Shown here: in pieces, positions 49,721 to 62,242 of the stretch | Layout: each line of letters begins with the position of its first letter | Numbering within the stretch: position 1 is the stretch's first letter | Made by a program: the position numbers and the translations under genes | NCBI RefSeq assembly: GCF_009834535.1 | Contig: NC_045697.1 | Coordinates: 1,986,001 to 2,050,000 of the forward strand | Origin: Camelus ferus | Taxonomy: Eukaryota | Length of the DNA stretch: 64,000 nt | Direction of reading: 5' to 3' | The notes under the pieces: generated by a model | What the model was told of the DNA's origin: nothing | Databases searched by the model: none | What the model saw: the letters and a program-made list of their open reading frames with translations, nothing else

Positions 49721-52700
49721 CTGTCCAGCCCCCGGCCCCAGTGATCCATGTCCCTCCCTGATACAAACACACTCCCCAGCAAGAGCCTTCCAGGACGGCA
49801 TCAGCTCAGAGTCCAGAACTCCACCATCTGAATCAGCTCCTGGTGCGGATGAGAGTCCCCGGTTGTGGCTCCTCGAGTACAGCTCCAGGAGTGCGCTTCC
49901 TCTCCGTCTGCGGACCTGAGCTGGAGACCAGCCTCTCCACCCACAACAAAAGTTCAGTGTTGGGACAGACACAGGATGACCACGGTAGACACTCCTCAAA
50001 ACGAGGGAAGATAGGAGGCCTCAGGAGGCACAGATGCATAGCAGCCCTTTGATCCAGCCTGGCAAGTGTCGGGAATTCCTTGACTGGGTCTGGAGATTTG
50101 GGCTAGTGGCTCTCACTCTGCCTTCTGTACTGATCCCTCTCTCCTTTCACTTTCCATGAAGATGGCACATGTTTGCAGCTGAATCGTTTTCTCAGCCTGC
50201 TTCCTGCCAGAGAATTTTGGGGATCCAGTGCCCAATTTTCATTTTGTATTGCCTTTGACCCTTTCAAGTTCAAGCTGGCAGTGTTTCCACTGATACAGTT
50301 TTCTTGAAAACTTTGTGGGTTTCCTGTGAATCTCGTTGGTCTTCACCCCATCAGACAAGAGCCATCCCTCAAATTGCTTTGAGATAAGCCTTTCTCTACC
50401 CTGGGCTCCTGAAGGGTGAGGGACAGCACCTGTGAATGCCCCACAGGTCCAGTCATTCAATAAGGTTTGTGAGGCCCCTTAGTCTCTTTTAGGGGCTCTG
50501 TCCATCCCTTATACCATCACTCATCCGTAGCGCCTTCCACTGGCATCACGTGCCCTAGGACTTTGCCCTGCACAGAAGTGGACGGTAAGGTGAGGAGTTG
50601 GCTTTGGGAACATTAGGGTCCATGTGGGTGGTCAGTTGCTCAGGGGAGTCAGGTGGCAGGAGGTGAGACAAGGAAGACAAGGTCAGGGGAGGTGTGGAGG
50701 TGTGCAGAGGAGATGGATGCTGGCGAGCTGCCTCGGGGGAGCAGCTCAGCCACGGGAGGAATGCGCGAGGGGTGGAGAGAGGGTCACCGGGAGGTCAGAC
50801 TCACGGCACATCAGGGTCTCCCCTCGGCTCTGCCATCCAGATCCAGTTAGTGTGACTGGATTTTAGTTTCGGGGCTCTCTGTACTGCATTGTTTGTAAAC
50901 ACATGATGCCACACACTCAACAACTTCCTGGCCTTGCGGTCTAAAGACTCCTGGTGCTCGTTTCCTTCCTTGAACAGAAATGTGTCCATCCGCTCTGGCA
51001 TTTGAACCTCAAGACCAGTCCTCAGGGTACATGTCACACACTTGGGACAGGCAGGTGACCTGAGCGGGGTGCGGCGCGTGGTTCTGGCCGCCTGACTCTG
51101 GCCACCATGGCGCCCTGCTTCCCTGCGGGCTGGGATGTTTGCAGGGACTTTGGTGGGCGGGAACGCTGCAGTGTCGTACCTGGTTATCCGGGCGGTTGGG
51201 CTGACAGCTGTCCTTGGAGGAGTTGGGCTGGGTTAGGGAGTGATGGGCTGATGGAGTTTGGGGCTAGGGAAGGAGGGTGGGGTTCTGGCTTCACTTTAGG
51301 GACCTCAGAAACGTGCCAAAGTGGATTTTCACCAATTTTCTAATGTTTGGTTCCTTTCGCTCCTGCCCTGTCCTTTCTGAGCTGGTGCTGCTCCAGATGG
51401 TTGATGTTGGATGTGGGGGTGGGGTGGGCACCAGTACCTGTGATGGTGGCCATGCACCACCAGGTGCCCCCCTGCCACCGTGGCCCTGCTTTTGGACCTG
51501 CTTTCCTGCCACCAGGGCAGGGAGTCTTGCTCAGGCTTCACACCCTTGTCCACCCCCATTCCAGCTCGACAGGGTCTCCTGAGACCCCAGAACAGAACAG
51601 ACAGACACCACAGGGCGCCGGTCTCCGCCTACTTGTCCCCTTTGAGCCGGCAATGGGGCAGGATTGATGTGGGTCTAGGGAGAGAAGGCCGCCTTCAGTT
51701 TTGCACAACTAGGAATTAGGTGTTTGTGAAAGTGAGGGCCTCTGGACAAAACTCCGCGCCCTCTTCAGTTCACTTTTTTTTTTGTTGCTGTTGTTACAAA
51801 AATTCCTATCTGTTCTTCTTAGAAAATTTAGGTACTGCGGACTAACGTAGTTAAATCTAACATGAGGAGACAGCGGAGACCACGTCCGGGACGTGTGTTG
51901 GCCCTGCAGGGGCCTGCGGAACACGTCCTCCCGCTGCACCTGCCCGCCGCCTGCCCTCTGCACCGGTGATGGGCCCGGCGGAGAGCGGGTGGTCCCCACG
52001 GGATGTTCCAAAGCAGAGGGTGTGGACGAGGGGGGTGTAGGGCCCAGGTGTCCAACCCAGCACGTTCCTGCTCTCTGGGAACCACGTGGGGCTTCTGTGG
52101 TCCACCAGGCCCTGTGGCTTCTCAGATGACAGAAGAGGTGGGCAAGCCTGGCCGCTGTCTGCCTCCAGGAAAGGGGTTCTGGGGTCTCTGTTGTACAGGG
52201 ATAAGGTTGTCACCTGGCCAAGGTCACATGAGTGGCAGGGCTGGGCCGCTCTGGAAGGCCCCGCCTGGTATTTTCTGCTGTGCCGTGTCTCAGCTGTTGT
52301 GTGCAACCAGGAGGTGGGCTTCCCCAGGACAGGCCCCCCCCCCCCGGGAGGTGGGCTCTCCCCGGACAGGCCCCCCAGGACGGGTCCCCCAGGACAGGCT
52401 GCGTTGTCTCTTCCTGGAACAGCTCCTGCCCAGAGAGGCCCTGCTAGGTGTTTGTGGGGTGGACGTGGACAGACCGCAGCTCGCTCCCTTGTGCCGGCGG
52501 AGCCTCTGGGGCTTGGGGGAGCGTGTGCAATTCTGCACGCGGAAGGCGCCGTCTGACAGCAGTCCTTTGAGAAGGGGGCCGGGCCCAGCCGCCCGAGGCA
52601 GCCCCGCGCTGCACAGGAGGCCGCCTCGTGGGTGCGAAAGGGCACCACGCTGGAGGAGGCCGCCCAGCGGGGCCGGCTGAGGGGCCCCCGGTTCATCCTG

Positions 52701-53104
52701 GCGGGCAGCGCAGGGGCAGGGCAGACACAGGCCGGCCCGGCGCCCCCGCGCCGTGTGGTTGGCGGTCACGCTGAAGCGGCAGGCTGCCCTGCTGCTTGTC
52801 CTGCCGCCCGCACCCGTAGAGCTCCGCGGGTCTGGGGGTGCAGGGCGGCTCCCGCGCGCGGGCGCCCGGGCCGCCGGCTGCACGCGGAGATCCCGGCCGG
52901 GTCCCCGCCGCCCGCTGCCTGCTGCAGCGGGCCTGCCCTCTGAAAGTGGGGTGGGCCTTTATCACTTACCCTGCTTAGGTCTTGGTGGGCCCTTTGAGTT
53001 GAAAGGTTTTTGTCTTTCTAGAGCTCTGGGAATTTGTCCCTAAATTTTTGGACCAAGTAGGCAACCAGGTGTTATTGAGCAAACATTGGCCACCACTAAT
53101 GAAT

Positions 53105-53440
53105 TCAGTCAATCCATCCACCCACCTGCCCCTATCCCAACTCCTCCATCCCCCCATTGATCCCCCATCCTTCCATCCATCCCTCCCTCTGTCCATTTAT
53201 TCATCCACCCCCCATCCTATACCCACCTGCCCACCCATCCATCCATCCATCCTTTCACCTTCCTTCCAACCATCCATCTCCTATCCATCCTTCCCTTCTT
53301 CCCCCATCCCTCCATCCCCATCCCTCTACCCCCCACCCCCACCCCATTCCCCACCCCATCCCTCCATCCCCCATCCATCTCTCCCCCATCCATCCATCTC
53401 TCCCTCCCCGATCTCCCATCCCTCCACCCATCCACCCATT
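53105..53440. repeat. Degenerate (CCAT/CCCAT)n low-complexity tract
   Basis: About 330 bp almost devoid of G on the + strand, with repeated CCATCC and CCACCC. Confidence 0.9.
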
Positions 53441-54109
53441 GCTGGAACTGTGTCCCCTGGCACTGTGGTAACCAGTGGCTCCCACAGAAGTAGCCTTGTT
53501 GCAAACCATTCCCTGAGATTTGTCATAGCTGGTGGCTTGGGACTTGTGATGAAACCTCTGTGCTTTTCTCTGTGGGGCCTGAGCGCAGTGGCCCCTGCTC
53601 CCTGGGTTGTGGGGGTGGGGCCGGGGAGTCTCCCCTTTGTTTTAGCTGCTGCAGGATCCCTCTGCTCCTTCTTCCAGTTTCTTTCTCTCCTTTCCCAGAT
53701 TTTTTTTTTTGACGTCAAGTGAGGCCAAATATCCCTTCAAATGCTAAAATCTGGCTTCAATTTCAACCACCTCCAAGGTTCTCCAAAGAGAATTTTGTTT
53801 TACACATAATCTATAATTTAAGTCATCCAACCCCAAATACATCCTCCACATCTGGGGAAACCCTTCCCTGCTGCCCTTTGCCGTGACTGATGAACAGAGA
53901 GACTTTTCACTGAACTTATCCATGTGCTTTCCTCGCCTCCATAGCCCCTGGGCCCATCCTCTAGGTCTTTCAGCTTTTCTGTGGTACTGCATCTCCTGGT
54001 CCTTCTGCTCTGCCATGAAAGCTGCCCTGGACTGTCCTCCAGCCTGGGTTGCTTGTGGGGTTTTGCAGGCTCTGTTTGCATGATTATTCCTTGTTTGTGA
54101 TAACCTTTT

Positions 54110-56798
54110 CTGAGGCTGCAGCTTCTTGTTTTGTTTTGTTTTTCAGGGCAAATGTTTCTTTTATTTATTTATTTATTTAATTGACGTATAGTTGATGTAG
54201 AATATTATATGTTACAGGTGTATAATAGAGTGATTTACAGTTTTTAAAAGTTACACTCCATTTACAGCTATAAAATATTGACTGTATTCCTAGTGTTGTA
54301 CAATATATTCTTGTAGCATATTTTGTACATAACAGTTTATACCTCAATCTGCTCCCCCTACATTGCCCCTCCCCCTCCCCTCTCCCCACTGGGAACCACT
54401 AGTTTGTTTTCTGTATCAGTGAGTCTGCTTCTTTTTTGTTATATTCACTAGGTTGTTGTATTTTTTAGATTCCACATATAAGTGATAACATACAGAATTT
54501 GTCTTTCTCTGACTTGTTTCACTTAGCATAATACCCTCCAAGTTCATCCATGTTGTTGCAAATGGCAAAATTTTATTCTTTTTTTATGGCTGAGTAGTAT
54601 TCCATTGTATGTCTGGACCACATCTTCTTTATCCGTTCATCTGTTGATGGACACTTAGATTGCTTCCACATCCTGGCAACTGTAAATAGTGCTGCTGTGA
54701 ACATTTGGGTACATGCATCTTTTTGAATTAGTGTTTTTGTCTTCTTCAGATGTATAGCCAGGAGTGGAATTGCTGGGTCATTTGGTAGTTTTACTTTCAG
54801 TTTTTGGAGAAACCTCCATACCATTTTCCACAGTGGCTGTGTTAATTTACCTTCCCACCAGCAGTGCCAGGAGTGTATGAGGCTTCCCTTTTCTCCACAT
54901 CCTTGCCAACATTTGTTATTTGTGTTCTTTTTGATGATGGCCATTCTGACAGGTGTGAGGTGATACCTAGTTGTGGTTTTGATTTGCATTTCCCTGATGA
55001 TTAGTGATGTTGAGCATCTTTTCATGTGGCTGTTGGCATCTGTATGTCTTCTCTGGGAAAATGTCTGTTTATGTCTTCCACCCAGTTTTTAATCTGGTTG
55101 TTTATTTTTTTGATGTTGAGTTGTATGAGCTGTTTATATATTTTGGGTATTAACCCCTTATCAGTCATATCATTTGCAAATACTTTCTTTCATTCAGTAG
55201 GTTACCTTTTCATTTTGTCAGTGTGTTCCTTTGCTGTGCAAAAGCTTTTAAGTTTTCTTAGGTCCTATGTGTTTATTTTTGCTTTTATTTCCTTTGTGTC
55301 AGGAGACAGATCCAAAAAGATATTGCTTCAATTTATGTCCGAGTGTTCTGCCTATATTTTCCTCTAGGAGTTTTATGGTTTCCTGTCTTACATTTAGGTT
55401 TTTAATCCACTTTGAATTTACTTTTGTATATGGTGTTAGAGAATGTTCTAATTTCATTCTTTCACAGGTAGCTGTCCAGTTTTCACAGCACCACTTAGTG
55501 AAGAGACTGTCTTTTCTCCATTGTGTGTTCTTGCCTCCTTTGTCATAGATTAATTGACCATAAATAGCTGGGTTTATCTCTGAGCTCTCTATTCTGTTCC
55601 ACTGACCTCTGTGTCTGCTTTTTGTCGTACCACACTGTTTTGATTACTGTAGCTTTGTCGTATAGTCTGAGGTCAGGGAGTGTGACTTTTGTGGCTCTAT
55701 TCTTCTTTCTCAAGACTGTTGTAACTATTTGTCTTTTGTGTTTCATACAAATTTTAAACTTACTTGTTTTAGTTCTGTGACAAATGCCATTGATATTTTA
55801 ATAGGGATGCATCAAATCTGTCCCTTGTATTGGGTAGTATGGTCATTTTAATGGTATTAATTCTTTCAGTCCAGGAACATGGTACATCTTTCCGTCTGTG
55901 TCACCTGCAATTTCTTTCATCAGTGTCTTAAAGTTTTCTGAGGACAGGTCTTTTACTTCCTTAGGTAGGTGTATTCTGAGGTATTTTATTCTTTTTGATG
56001 TGATGGTAAATGGGATTGTTTCCTTAATTTCTCTTTCTGATAGTTTGTTGTTAGTGTATAGAAATGCAGCGGATTCCTGTGTATTAATTTTGTATCCTGC
56101 AACTCTATTGAATTCATTGATGAGCTCCAGTAGTTTTCTGGTGGCATCTTTTGGATGTTCTATGTATAGTATCATGTCATCCACAAGCAGTGACAGTTTA
56201 CTTCTTCCAGTTTGGATTGCTTCAACCTCTTTTTCTTGTCTGATGGCTGTGGCTAGGACTTCCAATACTATGATGAGTAAAACTCCTGAGAGTGGACGTC
56301 CTGGTCTTATTCCTGATCTTAGAGGCAACGCTTTCAGCATTTCACTGTTGAGTATGATGTTAGCTGTGGGTTTGTCATATATTGCTTTTATTATGTTGAG
56401 GAATTTCCCTCTATTATAAATGGATGTTGAATTTTGTCAAAAGCTTTTTCTGCATCTGTTGAGATGATCATATGATTTTTATTCTTCAGTTTGTTAATGT
56501 GCTGTATCACATTAATTGATTTGTGGATACTGAAAAATCCTTGTGTACCTGGGATAAATCCCTCTTGACCATGGTGTATGATCCTTTTAATGTAGTGTTG
56601 GATTTGGTTTGCGCATATTTTGTTGAGGATTTTTGCATCTATGTTAATCAGTGATATTGGCCACAATTTCTTTTTTTGTGGTGTCGTCTGGTTTTGGTAC
56701 CAGGGTGATGCTGGCCTCATAGAATGAGTTTGGAAGTGTTCCTTCCTCTGCAGTTTTTTTGGAATAGTTTCAAGGTGCAACTGAGGCTGCACCGTTTT
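54110..56798 (-). mobile_element. 5'-truncated L1 (~2.6 kb; RT, C-terminus and 3'UTR) with TSD
   Basis: ORFs 54573-55025, 55843-56340 and part of 56391-57059 are L1 ORF2 ([39 protein letters not shown]). CTGAGGCTGCA is duplicated at 54110-54120 and 56781-56791. Confidence 0.95.
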
Positions 56799-58799
56799 GA
56801 ATCTCTGCATGTCCTGATCGGGCTTTGCGGTTCTCTCTAGGAAGCCCTCACCTGTGTTGGCCCTACCCGTGCAGGTGGGGAGGCGGTGGGCCGGTCGCCG
56901 AGGGAGGGTGGCTTTGGGGAGGAGGTTTTGTTTTGACTGTTGGTCAAAGCGTGTCAGAGTTTGAGGCACCCCCCCACCCTGAGCTTGCAGGAGAGGTGAC
57001 CCCGCCTGGGGGTGGGTTTGATTTCGGGAGGGGGAGGGGAGAGAGCTTGGGGACCCCATGCTGAGGGGCCAGTGGAGGAGGCTGGTGGGGGAGTCGTGCG
57101 CGCTGAGTCTGCTGGGCAGTGGGGGTGAGGACTGAGGCCCAGCTTATGAGGTCCTTGGCGGCTGGTGTGAGGAGTGCTTGGAGGCCAGTTTGGGGAGGGA
57201 GGGTGAGACTCCCGTGTGAATAAGCCATTAAGAAGCTGCTGGGGGAGAAGTAGCTCCGGGTGACAGGAGTCAAGGGAGGGCGGGAGCCTTACTCCTTTCA
57301 GACTTAGGCCTGGGTGTGTCTGGATCTGGGCGGGCGGTGTCAGCTCCCCGAGGTGGTGGGGATGGATGGCGTGGGGGGGCCCAGGCAGAGAAGCTGGCCT
57401 GCTGGAGGACGAGGATGTCCTGGACGTCAGGGAGGCCAGGGAGGGCCTGCGGGGTGTGACTGTCTTCTCTGTAAAGGAAGGCTGGGAGGGGAGATGGGAG
57501 GGGAGACAGGACAGGGTTTGGAAGGCTGGGGGGGTTTGTGTGGTGTGACTTTGGAGAGGGCCCTGCCGCATGTCCTGTGGAGAAACCCGTGTCAGTTCCT
57601 GTAGGGGCTGTCCCTCCCGAGAGGGTGTGGAGCACGTGGGCTGGTGCCCAGGGGATTGGAGGCCGCACGGGGGTCGGGGGTCGGGGGTCGGGGGTCAGGG
57701 TGGAGGGAGTGGCTGGGTGAGGGAGGAACAGAATGACTGATGGGGCAGGCCCGAGGGTGGGCCCCAGGGAGCAGGGACGGTGGCTGGCGAGGAGCAGGCT
57801 GGACACGCGTGACCACAAGATGGGCTGCTGAAGTGAGGACGATAAGGCCTTTGGGGTGGGGGGCGGAGGGATGGAGAGGGCTGGGGAGGGGATGGCCAGG
57901 TGGATGGAGGGTGTCCAGGGACAGAAGGACGGTAAGGTGAGTGGGGGGTATGGCCTGGGAGGGGAAGCAGAGCCATGGGTGATGGCGGCGGGGTCGGGGG
58001 TGAGCGAGGTGCTGCCTGGCACCTGGAAGGATGGGTGGGCTTAGGTGGACATCGGGGCCTGGGAAGAGGAGGAGGGGTGCTTCTCGCAAAGGTATGTTTG
58101 GCTGTTGACGTGCAGTGAGGTAACGGGTGGCCGAGAGCGTGGGAAATGGGTTCAGCCCATGGTCAGGCCACGGGGTCACCCACATTGGGTGTTGAATTCA
58201 GAGAGGAAATGGTCCTGGGGGGAAAGGACAGGCACAGAGAGCTGACAGAACTAACCTGTGAGTGCAGCGGGTGGGCCGCCACCCTGGAGGGTCCCTGCTG
58301 GGTGTGCTGTGCCCAGGGGTGGGGGGGGGGTCCCTTGGGAGCTGCTCCAGGCCATGTGGCCTGAGTGGCTGCAGGTGTGTGGACCCTCTAAGGAAGCTGC
58401 TGCCATTGGTAGCCCCTGGTCCTTGTCACCTGCAGAGAGGTCTTCGCAGGAAGGGATGGTTCGTTCATGAGGTCACCCATGCCCGGCCCGGTCCCACACA
58501 CAGTTGGTGCCTGGTGACACCAATGAACAACTGAAGGGTCTCCCTGACATCAGTGGGTGGTGGGTCAGGGGGCAGGCAGTGGAAAGGGGGCCCTCTCAGG
58601 ATGAAAGTGTGGCGAAGGCGTTGGTGGCATTGTATGGCCCGGAAGTGGCCTTGAGAGCGGAGTCTGCCGGTGCATCCTCCTTGGCGGCTGGGGCCGCTGC
58701 TGTGCTGGGGAGGACAGGCCCTGGGTCGGTAGAGGTTGGGGCAGGGCAGGGAGGGTGGCCATTGACCTGGAGAGCTCCTTGGGGGGCGGGAGGGGGCTG

Positions 58800-59600
58800 C
58801 TGGAAGAGGCCGGAGGGGCGGGGCGGCTGGGACTCGGGGACAGCCAGCGTGCCGCCCCGGGCGTCGGGTGGGGGCCCTGCGGGCATTCCGGGTGCGCTCC
58901 CAGGCGGTGTCAGGAGGAGGGCAGCCTGGCGGCGGGCGGAGTGGCTGCAGGGATGTGGCGGCTTTGGGGCTGGGTCTGCGGAGCAGGAGGCTGCGGGCGG
59001 GCGGCTCCCGCCGCCGCGCGGCCTCCTCTCAGAGGCGCTCCGGGCGGGGCAGAGGAAGCCCGGGGCGGCCGGGGCCGGGGCCGGGGCCGCCTCCGACGCG
59101 GGTTCGCTGTAGCCGTGCAGCTGCGGGCCGGTCCCTTAACGTCTGTGCCTCCACTTGCTCCTCTGCAAAGCGGGCATAGTCATCGTGCCTGCCTCGTAGT
59201 GACGCTTCCGTGGACACACTAGTGAATGTGCGTGGAGTCGCGGGGACAGCCGCGGCCCGCGCCGGGGACCCCGCAGCGCCCCCGGCGGCTGCCCCGTCGC
59301 TGCCTCGCCCTGCGCCCGAGCTCCCGCTTCTCCTCCGCGCGCCGGGGTGCTGCCCCTCGCCGCCCCCGGCGTCTCCTCCCTGCGCGTTCCCGCGCGCCGT
59401 CGTGGCTGTGCTTTGCCGCTCTGGTCCCTGGCTCAGCTCGGGGCCTGTGGCACCATGAACATCTGTAGCCTTTGTGGCACAGTCACGGGGACCCCGATGC
59501 CATCCTCACAAAATGCTGGGCGGCAGGGACTGAGGTGCGGGCCGAGACCCTCGCTCTTGCCCTCTTCGGAATGGCTTTCTTGGCTCGTCTGCCGGCAGGG
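58800..59600. promoter_or_regulatory. Second CpG island (possible alternative promoter or enhancer)
   Basis: High CpG density, GC boxes, (GGGGCC)3 at 59071-59088, and a switch from G-rich to C-rich around 59100-59270. Confidence 0.65.
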
Positions 59601-60019
59601 CCCCGGGCCCCCGCTGGGCTGGTGCTCGTCTGCTCTGGAGTGATGGCTGTTAGCTCTTCTTGCGTCTCCCCATCTGGGGACCACGGGCTGCTCGGGGCTG
59701 GGACCCCATTAGCTTCCATGTCTGCAGGCTGCCCGGCCCGGGGTGGGCACTCAGTAAGTGGGAATGGGCAGAGAAACTCATCGGAACGAGACTCATTTCA
59801 TACCAGACTTGAGCCTCAGGAAGGAGGAGGCGCCTGACGTTTGTCTCTAGATCCCGTTGGTTGGAAGGACGAGTGGCCGCGGTAGTGGCGGGTGGGCGGG
59901 CTGGCGAGGGGAGGCCCTGTGCCCTGACTGACTGCGCCAGCAGGGCGCTGCCTCTTGGATGAAGCACTTCTTTCCCACCTGGCTGCCTCTTCGGCAGAAC
60001 CAGGAGGCTGGCTAATTAG

Positions 60020-60365
60020 ATGATGTCTTCGTCCACTCTGGCTGCTGTGACAGAACACCGCAGACAGACGGGGGTGGGGGGGGGGCTTAAATGACAGACG
60101 TGTATTTCTCAGGGTTCTGAGGCTGGAAGTCCGAAATTGAGGTGCTGGCAGACTAGTGTCTGGTGAAGACCCACTTCACATGGCGGACAGCGGACAGCAG
60201 GGGGCCTGTCTCTTCTCCTGTTTCTCCTGTTTCACAAGAGCACCAGTCCTTTGTGAGGGCTCCACCCTCATGACCTCACCAAACTTAATCTCTCCCGAAG
60301 GCCCCACTTCCAAATGCGTCACATTGGGCCAGCATTTCAGCATGAATTTGGGGACACACAGACTA
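60020..60365 (-). mobile_element. MLT1A/B-type solo LTR
   Basis: TGTCTTCGTCCACTCTGGCTGCTGTGACAGAACACC...GGCTGGAAGTCCGAAATTGAGGTGCTGGCAGA...CATGAATTTGGGGACACA. Confidence 0.85.
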
Positions 60366-60882
60366 AGCCTGGAGCAGGTGATCTCAAGTCTGGGTGTGCC
60401 AGATGCTGTCGCCCACGCCATGTCAGCATCACATGGACGGTGTTGGGTGAGGTGGGGCTTGGTCCAAGCAGGCAGCTCCGTGGCCTCTGTCCAGAACTTC
60501 TGAGCCGGGGTCTCTGTGTGCAGGGGTGGGACCAGGGGCTGGTGTTTTCGCAGCCCAGGTGGCCAAAGCGCTGGTTGAGTTTGGAAACTAGGGCCCATGG
60601 TTTCTTCTGAATTTCACTATCTGTTCCACCAGCTTTACTATGAATCAGTTCAGTTTAAGGAAAAGTTAATCTGTAGGCTGAATTTACAAAATGTGGTTAT
60701 AGGTATTAAGATATCACTGATAAGAATTAGAACCTATTTTCAGTCATTAGAAGAACACGACAATGAGAGCCTACTAGGAATATCTGGGTAAACTACATAC
60801 AAGACTGTCGTGAACAGCATGTCCCACAGTGTTGTGACTCCATGGTGGTCGGATGGATTACAAAATAATTCTGCATACAGTA

Positions 60883-60987
60883 GTGCTCGCTTCAACAGCA
60901 CATATACTAAAATTGGAACGGTACAGAGAAGATAAGCATAGCCCCTGCTCAAAGATGACATGCAAATTCTTGAAGCGTTCCATATTT
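60883..60987 (+). pseudogene. Full-length processed U6 snRNA pseudogene
   Basis: GTGCTCGCTTCAACAGCACATATACTAAAATTGGAACGGTACAGAGAAGATAAGCATAGCCCCTGCTCAAAGATGACATGCAAATTCTTGAAGCGTTCCATATTT; by my count 9 substitutions versus canonical U6. Followed by an A10 tail; TSD AATTCTGCATA at 60867-60877 and 60996-61006. Confidence 0.95.
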
Positions 60988-61284
60988 AAAAAAAAAATTC
61001 TGCATATAAAACTGGGAAATCATTTCTTTTGTAGAGGCAGCGTCTAGTACTGTTTGGAAGAGAAAGCCAGGGGGTGCTGTTCCTGGGGGTACCAGCAGGG
61101 CCTCGCCAACCCATCCTGAGAGAGTCGACGGTGACAACTGATACTTACAGTGATGTCAGGAGCAGCAGCAGCTTTGATGCGCCGTGTCTGCCGGGAGCCA
61201 GGTAGTGCCGTGAGCATTTTTCAGGGGTTATTTTGTGCTTTCACGGCATTCCCCTCTCCCCACTGGGATGGCGATTCCCCTTGT

Positions 61285-61690
61285 GAGAGTTTGCAGTGGT
61301 CGCTGAAACAATTACCACAAACTCAGCGACTCAACTCAAGTGTATGCCCTCACAGTCTGGGGCCAGAGCCCACACTCAGTCTTGCTGGCAGATGTCCAGC
61401 TCAGGGCAAGGCTGGTCCCTCCTGGCGCCCCCGGGAGAACACGTTTCCTCCACCTTCCAGGCCCCTTGCTCTGATCTCTGCTTCTGTCTTCGCGTCCTCT
61501 CTCTGCCTCCCGCCCTCCTGCCTCCCTCTGGCGAGGGCCCGGTGGTCACGTGGGGCCTGCCTGGAAAACCTGGGATGCCCTCCCACCTCAGGACCCGCAC
61601 TCCATCACATCTGCAGTCCCCTTGGCCCGTGAGGTGACAGCGCAGGTTCCGGGGATTAGGACGTGGTGTCTTTGGGGCCATTGTTCAGCT
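61285..61690 (-). mobile_element. MLT1C/D-type solo LTR
   Basis: GTGGTCGCTGAAACAATTACCACAAACTCAGCGACTCAA...CACATCTGCAGTCCC...GGTTCCGGGGATTAGGACGTGG..TCTTTGGGGCCATT. Confidence 0.8.
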
Positions 61691-61761
61691 CGTGCTCCTT
61701 GAGAAGATTCCGTGAGAAGACCTGAGACACAGTTCATGGCGACTTTAACATACTCACTTTT

Positions 61762-61902
61762 TTTTTTTTTAACATTTTTGTTATTGATTTGTAATAATTT
61801 TACAATGTTGTGTCAAATTCCAGTGTAGAGCACAATTTCTCAATTATACATGAATATATATATATTCCTTGTCCCATTTTTTTTCTCTGTGAACTACGAT
61901 AA
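61762..61902 (-). mobile_element. Short young L1 3'-end insertion with 17-bp TSD
   Basis: Poly(T) then AACATTTTTGTTATTGATTTGTAATAATTTTACAATGTTGTGTCAAATTCC. TSD TTAACATACT(C/T)ACTTTT at 61745-61761 and 61903-61919. Confidence 0.88.
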
Positions 61903-62242
61903 TTAACATACTTACTTTTAATGGTGAACATCAAGTAGTTAAACTCCAGTCACAGTACTCAAATATGAAGTAATGTGGTAGTTTAGGTATTGTTCTTTTT
62001 TTCACTTTGATGTATCATAAAGTAACTTTACTTAAACATGCATCCCATGTGATAGCGTCTCCATCATCCTTGAAGCTGCCCCTGGCGTCATCTAATGATA
62101 TACTTTCCATTTTCTTTAGTTCTTTCACTTTTTTGGTGCATTTATGTAAATTACTTTGAATTATGCTTCTGTTACTGGAAACTTTATTCCAAGACATGAG
62201 AATGTATCCTGAGAACTTTGAAACAGTTATTTTAAAAACATA

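Noticed and set aside
51101..51343. Perfect Kozak GCCACCATGG opening a 78-aa ORF
   Set aside because: The peptide has no recognisable features and there is no promoter or splice support; one such match in GC-rich DNA is unremarkable.
53048..53722. 224-aa P/S/H-rich ORF with hydrophobic tail
   Set aside because: Translation of the (CCAT)n low-complexity tract.
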